This document shows, piece after piece, positions 1-6,430 of a stretch of 10,154 bases of DNA (within the stretch, counting starts at the first letter, position 1; each line of letters starts with the position of its first letter). Below the pieces are notes generated by a model. It was not told the DNA's origin. It saw nothing but the letters and a program-made list of their open reading frames with translations, and did not search any database. A program made the position numbers and the translations under genes. This DNA comes from a virus. The DNA lies in the UHGV virus genome UHGV-1550841. The stretch is one strand, 5' to 3'.

Positions 1-351
1 GCACAGGCAGAACAGAAAGAGGCCGATGCAAAATTGCGTTCGCTGAAAGAACAGGAGAAAGCGACCAATGAACGTGAATCGCAGCGTGCTCTCGATAAGG
101 CGCGCAATGATGCTCTTGATGCTGCCGCTCGCGCTGGCAGGTTGCAGCAACAGCTCGTTGCCATCCGTGAGCAGCTCATGCAGTATAACGCCACTGTCGG
201 CGCTGGGTCGTCAGCCGCAGACACCGGGGTTTTGCTTGCCGACGTGCTCAGCAAATCTCTCGAGCGAAACCGACAGCTGGCAGAGTACGCTGACCGGGCC
301 GCCGAAGCCGGACGAGTCTGTGAAAAGCAGTACGATTCACTGACCAGGTGA
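1..351 (+). CDS. Rz-like inner-membrane spanin (i-spanin), C-terminal part; 5' end lies outside the window
   Basis: Frame 1 is open from the window edge to TGA at 349-351. Ala/Gln/Glu/Arg-rich coiled-coil-like sequence with a Cys near the C-terminus (RVCEKQY), as in lambda Rz. Contains an embedded out-of-frame lipoprotein ORF (68-343), the characteristic Rz/Rz1 arrangement. Confidence 0.45.
   Translation, partial: AQAEQKEADAKLRSLKEQEKATNERESQRALDKARNDALDAAARAGRLQQQLVAIREQLMQYNATVGAGSSAADTGVLLADVLSKSLERNRQLAEYADRAAEAGRVCEKQYDSLTR
68..343 (+). CDS. Rz1-like outer-membrane lipoprotein spanin (o-spanin), embedded in the Rz-like gene in another frame
   Basis: Translation has a hydrophobic signal peptide ending in the lipobox LAGC (MMLLMLPLALAGC), then a Ser/Pro-rich mature region. 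Entirely nested within the 1-351 ORF. Start is uncertain: 68, or the internal ATGs at 107/110. Confidence 0.45.
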   Translation: MNVNRSVLSIRRAMMLLMLPLALAGCSNSSLPSVSSSCSITPLSALGRQPQTPGFCLPTCSANLSSETDSWQSTLTGPPKPDESVKSSTIH

Positions 352-380
352 CATGGCATTTTTCATGGTACTGATTTCCG

Positions 381-390
381 GTGACGGTAT
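381..390 (+). repeat. GTGACGGTAT 10-mer copy 1 (candidate integrase arm-type site)
   Basis: Exact 10-mer. Further exact copies at 603-612 (+), 838-847 (+), 928-937 (+) and 1181-1190 (-), plus a 9/10 copy at 633-642 (-). Confidence 0.4.
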
Positions 391-432
391 ATAAAACGGT
401 ACGGTGAAAAGCGGCTGTGATAAACTTGTTAT

Positions 433-469
433 CACTCAATTGGTTATGTCTATCGTAAATAATTGAGTG
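433..469. repeat. Perfect 9-bp inverted repeat CACTCAATT-N19-AATTGAGTG (candidate att core or protein-binding site)
   Basis: Arms at 433-441 and 461-469 are exact reverse complements. Lies between the lysis cassette and the integrase, flanked by GTGACGGTAT repeats. Confidence 0.35.
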
Positions 470-523
470 GGAATGATTAACAGCTAACTCATAGCAAATC
501 ATTTCTATTCAGATGTCAACTTA

Positions 524-555
524 ACCCTCTGTTTTTGCAGAGGGTTTTTGTTTTT
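524..555 (+). terminator. Rho-independent terminator downstream of the Rz/Rz1 cassette
   Basis: Perfect 8-bp stem ACCCTCTG (524-531) / CAGAGGGT (538-545), 6-nt loop, then TTTTTGTTTTT. Confidence 0.6.
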
Positions 556-602
556 ATGTATTCATTTCTATTCACTCTACACCATATTTTTTGGCGGTAC
601 AG

Positions 603-612
603 GTGACGGTAT
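603..612 (+). repeat. GTGACGGTAT 10-mer copy 2 (candidate integrase arm-type site)
   Basis: Exact 10-mer, 57 bp upstream of the integrase GTG start and abutting an operator-like palindrome. Confidence 0.4.
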
Positions 613-626
613 TACCTTAAAGGTAT
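612..626. promoter_or_regulatory. Operator-like palindrome TTACC-TTAAA-GGTAT (9/10 to TTACC-N5-GGTAA) upstream of int
   Basis: Overlaps a possible -10 (TATACT, 624-629) about 40 bp upstream of the integrase start. Confidence 0.3.
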
Positions 627-632
627 ACTCTC

Positions 633-642
633 ATACCGTCAT
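633..642 (-). repeat. ATGACGGTAT (9/10 copy of the GTGACGGTAT motif, inverted orientation)
   Basis: Plus strand reads ATACCGTCAT. Forms an inverted pair with the copy at 603-612. Confidence 0.3.
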
Positions 643-668
643 GAAAATGGTTTCTATACGGGTGAATT

Positions 669-1925
669 GTGCTTACCGATACAAAATTAAAAAACCTCAA
701 GCCACAGGACAAACTGTACAAAGTTTCCGATCGTGACGGGCTGTATGTGGCTGTGCTTACGTCAGGCACGGTCTCGTTTCGCTACGACTACCGTATCAAC
801 GGTCGCCGCGAAACGCTGGTAATCGGGCAGTATGGGCGTGACGGTATCAGTCTGGCAGAAGCGCGAGAAGAACTGATTGCTGCAAAGAAGCTGCTTAAAG
901 CAGGCCAGTCACCGGCTGCGGCTAAACGTGACGGTATCAAAAAGATTCGTGGTGCCGAGACGTTTGCGGTACATACCGACAGTTATATGAAACACGTCAT
1001 CCTGGCTGACAGTACCCGCGCAATGAAACAGGCGGTGATCGACCGTGACATACTTCCGGTTCTTGGCAATAAAATGATGGCTGAAATTACCACATCGATG
1101 GTTCGTGATTTGTGTGACCGGATTGTCGAACGCGGTGGCCGGGCAACAGCAGTGCAGGCCAGGGAGATCATCAGCAGCGTATACCGTCACGCCAATGACC
1201 GTGGTCATGGTTTGTTTAATCCTGCGGCTGACATTAAACCTTCGTCTATCGCCATATTTAAACCACGAGAGCGAACACTGACACCAGAAGAAATTGGCCT
1301 GTTCTTCCGCACGCTGGATGCCATTGGTGCTATGGGCACTATGAAAATGGCTTTAAAGCTGGTGCTTATCACTATGGTTCGTAAAGGCGAATTCACCAAC
1401 GCAACGTGGGATGAAATAGATTTTAAAAAATGGACATGGACAATTCCTTCAGACCGCATGAAGGGAAGCCGGGCGCACGTTATTTACCTGCCTAAACAGG
1501 CTCAGGATATATTGGTCGGGTTGCAGATGTGCGCTGGTGGAAGTGAATATCTGGTTCCTGGTCGTTACAATTTCCGGAAGCCATTATCTAATGCCGCGCT
1601 GAACTCTCTGATCGACAGAACGGTGAAAATAATAAATGAAGATGGTGAGCATATTCAGGGCTTCACCGTACACGATATGCGCCGTACAGCCAGTACGTTG
1701 TTGCATGAGGCTGGTTATCCTTCAGACTGGATTGAAAAGGCTCTGGCACATGAGCAGAAAGGTGTGCGCGCCGTATATAACAAAGCGGAATACGCCAGAC
1801 AGCGCGCCTACATGTTGCAGCAGTGGGCCGATATGATTGATTCCTGGATTAACGGGGAGCATACGGATCTGATTCCGTTCTCCCCGTCGAAGTTTGAGAG
1901 GTGGATGGAAGACAGTAATAAATAA
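669..1925 (+). CDS. int: Tyrosine site-specific integrase, P4-type (arm-binding N-terminal domain plus catalytic domain)
   Basis: 418 aa. N-terminus LTDTKLKNLKP...GLYVAV...SFRYDYR fits the P4-type integrase arm-binding domain. C-terminal region has the HxxR motif (VHDMRRTAST) and conserved Tyr region. GTG at 669 is the only start available (in-frame TGA at 663-665); SD is weak. Stop TAA 1923-1925. Confidence 0.9.
   Translation: MLTDTKLKNLKPQDKLYKVSDRDGLYVAVLTSGTVSFRYDYRINGRRETLVIGQYGRDGISLAEAREELIAAKKLLKAGQSPAAAKRDGIKKIRGAETFAVHTDSYMKHVILADSTRAMKQAVIDRDILPVLGNKMMAEITTSMVRDLCDRIVERGGRATAVQAREIISSVYRHANDRGHGLFNPAADIKPSSIAIFKPRERTLTPEEIGLFFRTLDAIGAMGTMKMALKLVLITMVRKGEFTNATWDEIDFKKWTWTIPSDRMKGSRAHVIYLPKQAQDILVGLQMCAGGSEYLVPGRYNFRKPLSNAALNSLIDRTVKIINEDGEHIQGFTVHDMRRTASTLLHEAGYPSDWIEKALAHEQKGVRAVYNKAEYARQRAYMLQQWADMIDSWINGEHTDLIPFSPSKFERWMEDSNK
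838..847 (+). repeat. GTGACGGTAT 10-mer copy 3, inside the integrase coding sequence
   Basis: Exact 10-mer; extended match GTGACGGTATCA shared with the copy at 928. Confidence 0.35.
928..937 (+). repeat. GTGACGGTAT 10-mer copy 4, inside the integrase coding sequence
   Basis: Exact 10-mer; extended 12-mer GTGACGGTATCA identical to the copy at 838. Confidence 0.35.
1181..1190 (-). repeat. GTGACGGTAT 10-mer copy 5 (inverted), inside the integrase coding sequence
   Basis: Plus strand reads ATACCGTCAC. It encodes different amino acids from the other in-gene copies, so the repeat is a DNA-level feature. Confidence 0.35.
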
Positions 1926-1927
1926 TT

Positions 1928-2587
1928 CTATCCTTCCTGGACTTTGGTAAGCGTCAGATTTCCGCAGAACACTGCGCCGGTGTCGATGTACATTTGGTTT
2001 GCATACACCAGTGGGTGATGTGCTGGCGTATGACCGAAGATGAACAAATCGGCACCGGTTATCTCCGAGACAATACCGTCCTGCGCGTCGCTAACCCGCT
2101 CACGATTCCATATCACCATTTCTTCCGGTACTGGCTTATCGAATGCGTATTCGTTGTGCGGGTAGTCTGCGTGGCAGATGACGACCTTCTTATTGCCGGT
2201 AACCAGTTCGATAATCATCGGGAGGTTGGCAACCTTTGGCAGAAGGTATTTGATTTGCACATCCTGCTCAGAATCAAGTTGGTGCCACCATCCACCGCCG
2301 TTTGACATCCAATGTCCGAAACTTCCGCCGTTGACCAGTGCATCCAGCATCATCTGCTCATGGTTGCCACGAACAGCTCGGAACCACGGCATAGTAATCA
2401 AATCCAGGCATTCGACGTTTTCAGCGCCGCGGTCAACAAGGTCACCAACGGAAATAAGTAAATCGCGCGCCGGGTCGAATGAAACTTTGTCGAGTTCGTT
2501 CATCAGCAGCGTGTAGCACCCATGCAGATCGCCGACGACGAAGATATTGCACCAGTCAGCGCCATTGATGCGTTGATATAGGTTCAT
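1928..2587 (-). CDS. Ser/Thr protein phosphatase, PP-lambda-like metallophosphoesterase
   Basis: Translation from ATG 2587 ([12 protein letters not shown]...) shows the three phosphoesterase signature motifs GDLHG, GDLVDRG and GNHE. The longer ORF start at 2707 is rejected because ATG 2587 overlaps the upstream gene stop (ATGA). Confidence 0.85.
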   Translation of the reverse strand: MNLYQRINGADWCNIFVVGDLHGCYTLLMNELDKVSFDPARDLLISVGDLVDRGAENVECLDLITMPWFRAVRGNHEQMMLDALVNGGSFGHWMSNGGGWWHQLDSEQDVQIKYLLPKVANLPMIIELVTGNKKVVICHADYPHNEYAFDKPVPEEMVIWNRERVSDAQDGIVSEITGADLFIFGHTPAHHPLVYANQMYIDTGAVFCGNLTLTKVQEG

Positions 2588-3234
2588 GCTGCACGCTCCC
2601 GCCCCTGGTTGTCTATTGGTGACACCGGAGCATTGCTGAATGCATTTGTTAATCCTCCAATATCCAACGCGTATCCAGGGTGTAGTTGCACTGCCGGGTC
2701 TTCGCACTGATTACCCCAAACATCGAAGCCATGAGACGTCTGGCGGGCGAACAGTTCAATGCGAGAAACATCGCCTAACAATTGCACAAGTTTTTCACGA
2801 ACGATATCTGGTTTTCTTGAATGCTCAAGCCGCGGTGCGGTAAATGACTGAACGATCCCTGCATTAATGCGCGTAGGTAGTTTTCCCTTTACCGCAAACA
2901 GGCAATCTTCACTATTGGCGCGAGTCATGTGCCCCATACCCATAACCAGTTTATCTGGTTGTCGACTACCACATTTTATCCACGTGAAGCCCTTCATGGT
3001 CATCAGACGGAATCCCCAGGCTTCAACAACTTTTAGTGCTTCGAGTGGTTGTGTTGGCACCCACCACATGGCCAACAGACAGTTTTCATCGGCCAAATCC
3101 CACACAGGAAGGCGGCAGATATCCAGCACACTCATAACCGGATATTTAAAACCGGCACCGCGATTACCATCTGCGGCTTTGTCCCGGTATACCCAGGGTG
3201 GATCTGCATAGATTAGTGTGTATTTCTTAGTCAT
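2584..3234 (-). CDS. MT-A70 family N6-adenine DNA methyltransferase (DPPW motif), orphan, no adjacent restriction gene
   Basis: Translation [14 protein letters not shown]... carries the DPPW catalytic motif near the N-terminus typical of MT-A70/phage adenine methyltransferases. ATG at 3234 is preceded by a G-rich SD-like sequence; the alternative GTG at 3246 is less likely. Stop overlaps the phosphatase start. Confidence 0.8.
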   Translation of the reverse strand: MTKKYTLIYADPPWVYRDKAADGNRGAGFKYPVMSVLDICRLPVWDLADENCLLAMWWVPTQPLEALKVVEAWGFRLMTMKGFTWIKCGSRQPDKLVMGMGHMTRANSEDCLFAVKGKLPTRINAGIVQSFTAPRLEHSRKPDIVREKLVQLLGDVSRIELFARQTSHGFDVWGNQCEDPAVQLHPGYALDIGGLTNAFSNAPVSPIDNQGRERAA

Positions 3235-3526
3235 AAACCACCCCACAACATCCTATGCCGCTATAGTCGCCACGGCGAAGGCCGTTACCTTTTGTGATAC
3301 ATTGGTCCCTGCGAACCGCGATCCTTGCACGTTCAACATCACCAGAAGCAACATCCATACACTGAAGCCAAAGGTGAGCGGCAATGCGGAATTGCCCTTT
3401 TTTCTCTCTTTCAATCGCGCGTTTTTCGATCTCTATCGCCGCAGGAGTAACGGCGACAATCTTTGACGGACTGCGCATTGAAACCTTATTCATGTGATAT
3501 TTTTCAAGTCGGCTTAACTTTCTCAC
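3227..3526 (-). CDS. Hypothetical protein (99 aa from GTG 3526; alternative ATG start at 3493)
   Basis: ORF in operon orientation filling the gap between the AlpA-like gene and the methyltransferase; its 3' end overlaps the methyltransferase start by 8 nt. GGGGG SD-like sequence upstream of GTG 3526. No recognisable family. Confidence 0.3.
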   Translation of the reverse strand: MRKLSRLEKYHMNKVSMRSPSKIVAVTPAAIEIEKRAIEREKKGQFRIAAHLWLQCMDVASGDVERARIAVRRDQCITKGNGLRRGDYSGIGCCGVVYD

Positions 3527-3635
3527 TTAATCCAACCCCCTCTGAAAATTAATGCCAGCAGATAAAGCCATGCTGAAACAGAGGCCAGGAATAAGTACCA
3601 TCCTGACCATTTGCTCCAGTGCCTTAGCAGCGCAC

Positions 3636-3884
3636 TCATGCAGCGTTGCTCACGGGACGATATACACGTTGCTGAACAGGAGGCTTTTTACCCTGGAACT
3701 CTGCCGGGCTTGCTGCCTGACGTTCATCAAGCCAACGCTCAACTTCATCACGGTTCCATGCGCAGCGTTTATCGGTGATATACCAGCGTTTAGGAAATTC
3801 CCCTGCGCGCTCCATACGGTCGATAGTGCTCCATGACAGTGGCACCACCGCCAGGAGTTCTTTCTTACCTAATGCACCTTTCAT
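3636..3884 (-). CDS. AlpA/Xis-like small DNA-binding protein (putative excisionase or prophage regulator)
   Basis: 82 aa. The segment LLAVVPLSWSTIDRMERAGEFPKRWYITDKRCAWNRDEVERWLDE matches the AlpA/excisionase-type winged-helix pattern. Good SD (AGAGGT) 5-6 nt upstream of ATG 3884. Confidence 0.65.
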   Translation of the reverse strand: MKGALGKKELLAVVPLSWSTIDRMERAGEFPKRWYITDKRCAWNRDEVERWLDERQAASPAEFQGKKPPVQQRVYRPVSNAA

Positions 3885-3933
3885 GAATACCTCTCTTGGT
3901 TGCAGTGCGGCGCACGTGGCGCCGCGGTGGTGG

Positions 3934-4851
3934 TTACATAGATGTTTCGTTTAATTCTTCCCGACGAACGCTGTAAACGTCGGTGGCTTTTGCCAGCAGT
4001 TCGTCATCATCTGAAAGTTTTTGTGCAATGTATTTGTAAGCCTTATCCAGTTCGGAGACAGTGCTGTAATTCATCGCTGCGCTGGTAAAGGCCATCAGCA
4101 TTTCTTCTGGATCACGGCTATCCGCTTTACGCGTTTGCTCATCATGCTTTTTCACTGGTTTAGCGTTGATCAGACTGTTCATGCTGGATGCTGTGCCGTG
4201 CTTTGCCTGACTTCTTGGAGTTACGTCACGTTCAATAATGTCAGGTGAGTCGATATATTTACCTTCCATTTCCTCAGCTGTGGCTTGTTGACCAATCTCC
4301 GGCCATGCTTTACGTAATGCCTGTGCCTCTGCGCATTTTGCCAACTGCGCATAAGGGCGCTTTTTCCACATGGCATTTGGTGCCGATGTGTCACGCCCCC
4401 CAGTTGCATAGTTCTCAATCCAGTATTCTTTGGCGCTAAACTCTACGATTTCCCCGCTTGCCATTCGCTTGCTGACGGTGTACTTACACCACTGAGGGAA
4501 GGTAACCTCCACGCCTGAAAGCGTTTGTGTTACATCTGGACCGAACTCAGGTTCATTAGCGCCTGCGTAATCGCCGGAACGGTAGGCCTGAATGCGATAA
4601 AGTCCAATGCCAGGCATGACCACGTCGCGCCATTCATTCTTTCCACTCTTCGAGTCTTTAACACTCATTGGTACCAGGTGTACCGGCTTAAGAAGAGGAT
4701 CGAGTTGACGCGCCCGGCAGTAATCGACTGCCATCATTACCGATTCATCTTTTGCCCCAGGGTAAATACTGTTTTTCAGAGCGCTCCATGTAACTTCATC
4801 GATTCCCCGAATAGCCAACACATCATTGGTGATTGCAATTTCGTTGCTCAT
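3934..4851 (-). CDS. recT: RecT/Bet-family single-strand annealing recombinase
   Basis: Translation from ATG 4851 (MSNEIAITND...). The region NAMWKKRPYAQLAKCAEAQALRKAWPE resembles the conserved RecT/Bet C-terminal core. ATG overlaps the TGA of the upstream exonuclease gene (ATGA), the classic exo-recT pairing. Confidence 0.8.
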   Translation of the reverse strand: MSNEIAITNDVLAIRGIDEVTWSALKNSIYPGAKDESVMMAVDYCRARQLDPLLKPVHLVPMSVKDSKSGKNEWRDVVMPGIGLYRIQAYRSGDYAGANEPEFGPDVTQTLSGVEVTFPQWCKYTVSKRMASGEIVEFSAKEYWIENYATGGRDTSAPNAMWKKRPYAQLAKCAEAQALRKAWPEIGQQATAEEMEGKYIDSPDIIERDVTPRSQAKHGTASSMNSLINAKPVKKHDEQTRKADSRDPEEMLMAFTSAAMNYSTVSELDKAYKYIAQKLSDDDELLAKATDVYSVRREELNETSM

Positions 4852-5669
4852 ACGTACATATCCTGTTTGCGTGCCCACTCAGGGCGTTTAATAATTTCCA
4901 CGCCGCCCCATTCATCGCTGATGCGGCATTCGTGATAGGTATTCAGATCCCGGCGGAACAGAGCGTGCCCGGCATCGACATCCGGCGCATCCAGCTCGAA
5001 CACGCGTACCGGATACCGACCACAATCAATGCTTTCGCTCACGGCAAGAAAGAAAAAACCATGCGGCTGACCAGTAACCCTCATTGCGCCTTCGCGGTAC
5101 ATTGCGTCCTGCACGTGGTAGCGGAATTCCTCGATGTGACGTGCAAAACGGTCCATATCTGCAACCTTTTTCACGTCGATGATCACGTTGTGCTCGTTCA
5201 GCCATTTGTCTGGACGAATTCGGCACAACTCACCAGTCTCTTCATCGTTCCAGTACATTGATGCTTCGCAGTAACCAGGTGCTTCCAGCATCCAGCGTGC
5301 CGCCGGGTGAGCCATTGCGCTATCACGCATCAGCTCCAGTTTCCGCCACTGCTCGGCATCAAGTACCGCAATCCCCATATCCGCTACATCACGAAGAAAT
5401 GCTTCTTCGTCAGCTTTACCTTGTTTCGTCCGACGATCGAACTTTGGTGAAACAATGAAGCGTTTGTCGAATTCTCCAGGCTCCAGAAGCAGACAGTGCA
5501 ATGCAGTTCCCATATCTAGTGCAGACTTTTTCTCTTCGTCTTCTGGTGCTGCCTGAACCCATTTAAGAAGCGCCGGATTCTTGGCAACCATGTCCAGTTG
5601 CGACTTACTCACGCCGTCACCGGCGTGGTAGTCCTCATTGCTGATGTCGAAATAGATGCCAGTATTCAT
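4848..5669 (-). CDS. RecE-like PD-(D/E)xK exonuclease (partner of RecT)
   Basis: 273 aa. N-terminus FDISNEDYHAGDGVSKSQLDM is typical of RecE-like/PDDEXK exonuclease domains, with an IIDVKK-type motif downstream. Translationally coupled to recT. Confidence 0.75.
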   Translation of the reverse strand: MNTGIYFDISNEDYHAGDGVSKSQLDMVAKNPALLKWVQAAPEDEEKKSALDMGTALHCLLLEPGEFDKRFIVSPKFDRRTKQGKADEEAFLRDVADMGIAVLDAEQWRKLELMRDSAMAHPAARWMLEAPGYCEASMYWNDEETGELCRIRPDKWLNEHNVIIDVKKVADMDRFARHIEEFRYHVQDAMYREGAMRVTGQPHGFFFLAVSESIDCGRYPVRVFELDAPDVDAGHALFRRDLNTYHECRISDEWGGVEIIKRPEWARKQDMYV

Positions 5670-5872
5670 AACTTAACCTTGTATTCGTTCTGCTTGTTGG
5701 AACGGGTTCCATCGTGGAAATATATTGCGCTCCTGGTTACCTCTACCCATTTGCGACGTTCAAGCTCAGCGATGAACCAAGAAACCTTCGATCTTGAGAT
5801 ACCAAGAATCTTTGCCATATCTCGGATGCTGTGTTTTCCACCTCGCAGCAATGAGAGGAGTGTTGGTTTCAT
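5666..5872 (-). CDS. Small helix-turn-helix (winged-helix-like) DNA-binding protein, unknown role
   Basis: 68 aa. HTH-like segment SIRDMAKILGISRSKVSWFIAELERRKWVE. SD GAGGGA 7 nt upstream of ATG 5872. ATGA overlaps with both neighbouring genes. Confidence 0.5.
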   Translation of the reverse strand: MKPTLLSLLRGGKHSIRDMAKILGISRSKVSWFIAELERRKWVEVTRSAIYFHDGTRSNKQNEYKVKL

Positions 5873-6168
5873 GCCGCGTCCCTCTGTCCATCAAGCTGAT
5901 CCGCCAGATCCCAGCGGGCGATAATTACCATTGCCTCTCGCCGATAGGCATCCATCAGTTCTTCGAACTCAGGGCTGTCTTTAGCAGCCTCCAGTACTTC
6001 CTGGCGAACGCCTTTGCCTGTTACAACGTCGAAAGTTGAGGACAGTTGATGAAGTCGGATGCTCTCAATCAGTTCAACTTGTCGGTCATATAGCTGTTCT
6101 GACAGGCGGTAGTCCTTGTCGAATGCCAGCATGATTTTTTGAAGATTTTTCTGCTGATTAACGTCCAT
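5869..6168 (-). CDS. Hypothetical protein (about 99 aa), occupies the position of Gam/Kil-type accessory genes upstream of the recombination genes
   Basis: ATG 6168 has a strong SD (GGAGGG, 6175-6180) and is preferred over ATG 6183. Stop overlaps the start of the HTH gene. No recognisable family. Confidence 0.5.
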   Translation of the reverse strand: MDVNQQKNLQKIMLAFDKDYRLSEQLYDRQVELIESIRLHQLSSTFDVVTGKGVRQEVLEAAKDSPEFEELMDAYRREAMVIIARWDLADQLDGQRDAA

Positions 6169-6170
6169 TA

Positions 6171-6323
6171 TCAGCCCTCCCATATCTCGTTATCGTTGGC
6201 CACATCGCGAGCTTCTTTGCTGACGAAAGCCCACTTAATGCCTTCCTGTAAGGTGCGGAACTTCCAGCTCATGAATCCGCATGCAGTAACGCAGTACCAA
6301 CCGTTGATGATTTTCCACTGCAT
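6171..6323 (-). CDS. Small ORF (50 aa), first gene of the leftward early operon; not N-like
   Basis: Manually translated (below the size cut-off of the ORF track): MQWKIINGWYCVTACGFMSWKFRTLQEGIKWAFVSKEARDVANDNEIWEG. ATG 6323 preceded by GAGGT; stop TGA 6171-6173 sits immediately before the next gene's SD and ATG. Confidence 0.3.
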   Translation of the reverse strand: MQWKIINGWYCVTACGFMSWKFRTLQEGIKWAFVSKEARDVANDNEIWEG

Positions 6324-6342
6324 AACTTGTTACCTCGGTTTG

Positions 6343-6357
6343 TTACCGTTGGGGTAA
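6343..6357. promoter_or_regulatory. Operator OL-proximal: perfect palindrome TTACC-GTTGG-GGTAA
   Basis: Perfect half-sites. Abuts the proposed -10 of the leftward early promoter. Confidence 0.5.
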
Positions 6358-6385
6358 TAATTATGCGTATCTGGTTTGATGTCAA
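6357..6385 (-). promoter_or_regulatory. PL-like sigma70 promoter for the leftward early operon (-35 TTGACA at 6385-6380, 17-bp spacer, -10 AATTAT at 6362-6357)
   Basis: Consensus -35 hexamer read on the minus strand; 17-bp spacer; moderate -10. Bracketed by two operator palindromes. Confidence 0.4.
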
Positions 6386-6404
6386 TAGATATGAGTTAAA
6401 AAAA

Positions 6405-6419
6405 TTACCCGTTAGGTAA
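6405..6419. promoter_or_regulatory. Operator OL-distal: perfect palindrome TTACC-CGTTA-GGTAA
   Basis: Perfect half-sites, 19 bp upstream of the -35 of the PL-like promoter; centre-to-centre 62 bp from the site at 6343-6357. Confidence 0.5.
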
Positions 6420-6430
6420 TCTAACAGGCA

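Noticed and set aside
352-668. tRNA or tmRNA gene fragment as the integration target
   Set aside because: No T-arm (GTTCGA-type) or acceptor-stem-like sequence seen by eye; cannot be excluded without a tRNA search.
548-736. Plus-strand ORF 548-736
   Set aside because: Runs through the terminator T-tract, operator-like site and integrase start in a different frame; unlikely to be coding.
838-937. Explaining the in-gene GTGACGGTAT copies as a repeated RDGI peptide motif
   Set aside because: The inverted copy at 1181-1190 encodes different residues, and two exact copies are non-coding, so a DNA-level motif is the better explanation.
1994-2516. Plus-strand ORFs 1994-2305 and 2178-2516 in the track
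   Set aside because: They lie antisense within the phosphatase gene, which has clear signature motifs; low-complexity translations; no SD.
2584-2707. Longer phosphatase start at 2707 (ORF track)
   Set aside because: The N-terminal 40 residues lack any resemblance to the family and overlap the methyltransferase gene; ATG 2587 gives the canonical start with the GDxHG motif about 25 residues in and an ATGA overlap.
2640-3211. Plus-strand ORFs 2640-2843 and 2867-3211
   Set aside because: Antisense to the methyltransferase gene (DPPW motif on the minus strand); shadow ORFs.
4021-5261. Plus-strand ORFs 4021-4248, 4245-4439, 4525-4935 and 4833-5261, and minus ORFs 4221-4418 and 5026-5226
   Set aside because: They overlap the RecT and exonuclease genes in other frames or antisense; the RecT/exo pair has family-typical sequence and coupled start/stop.
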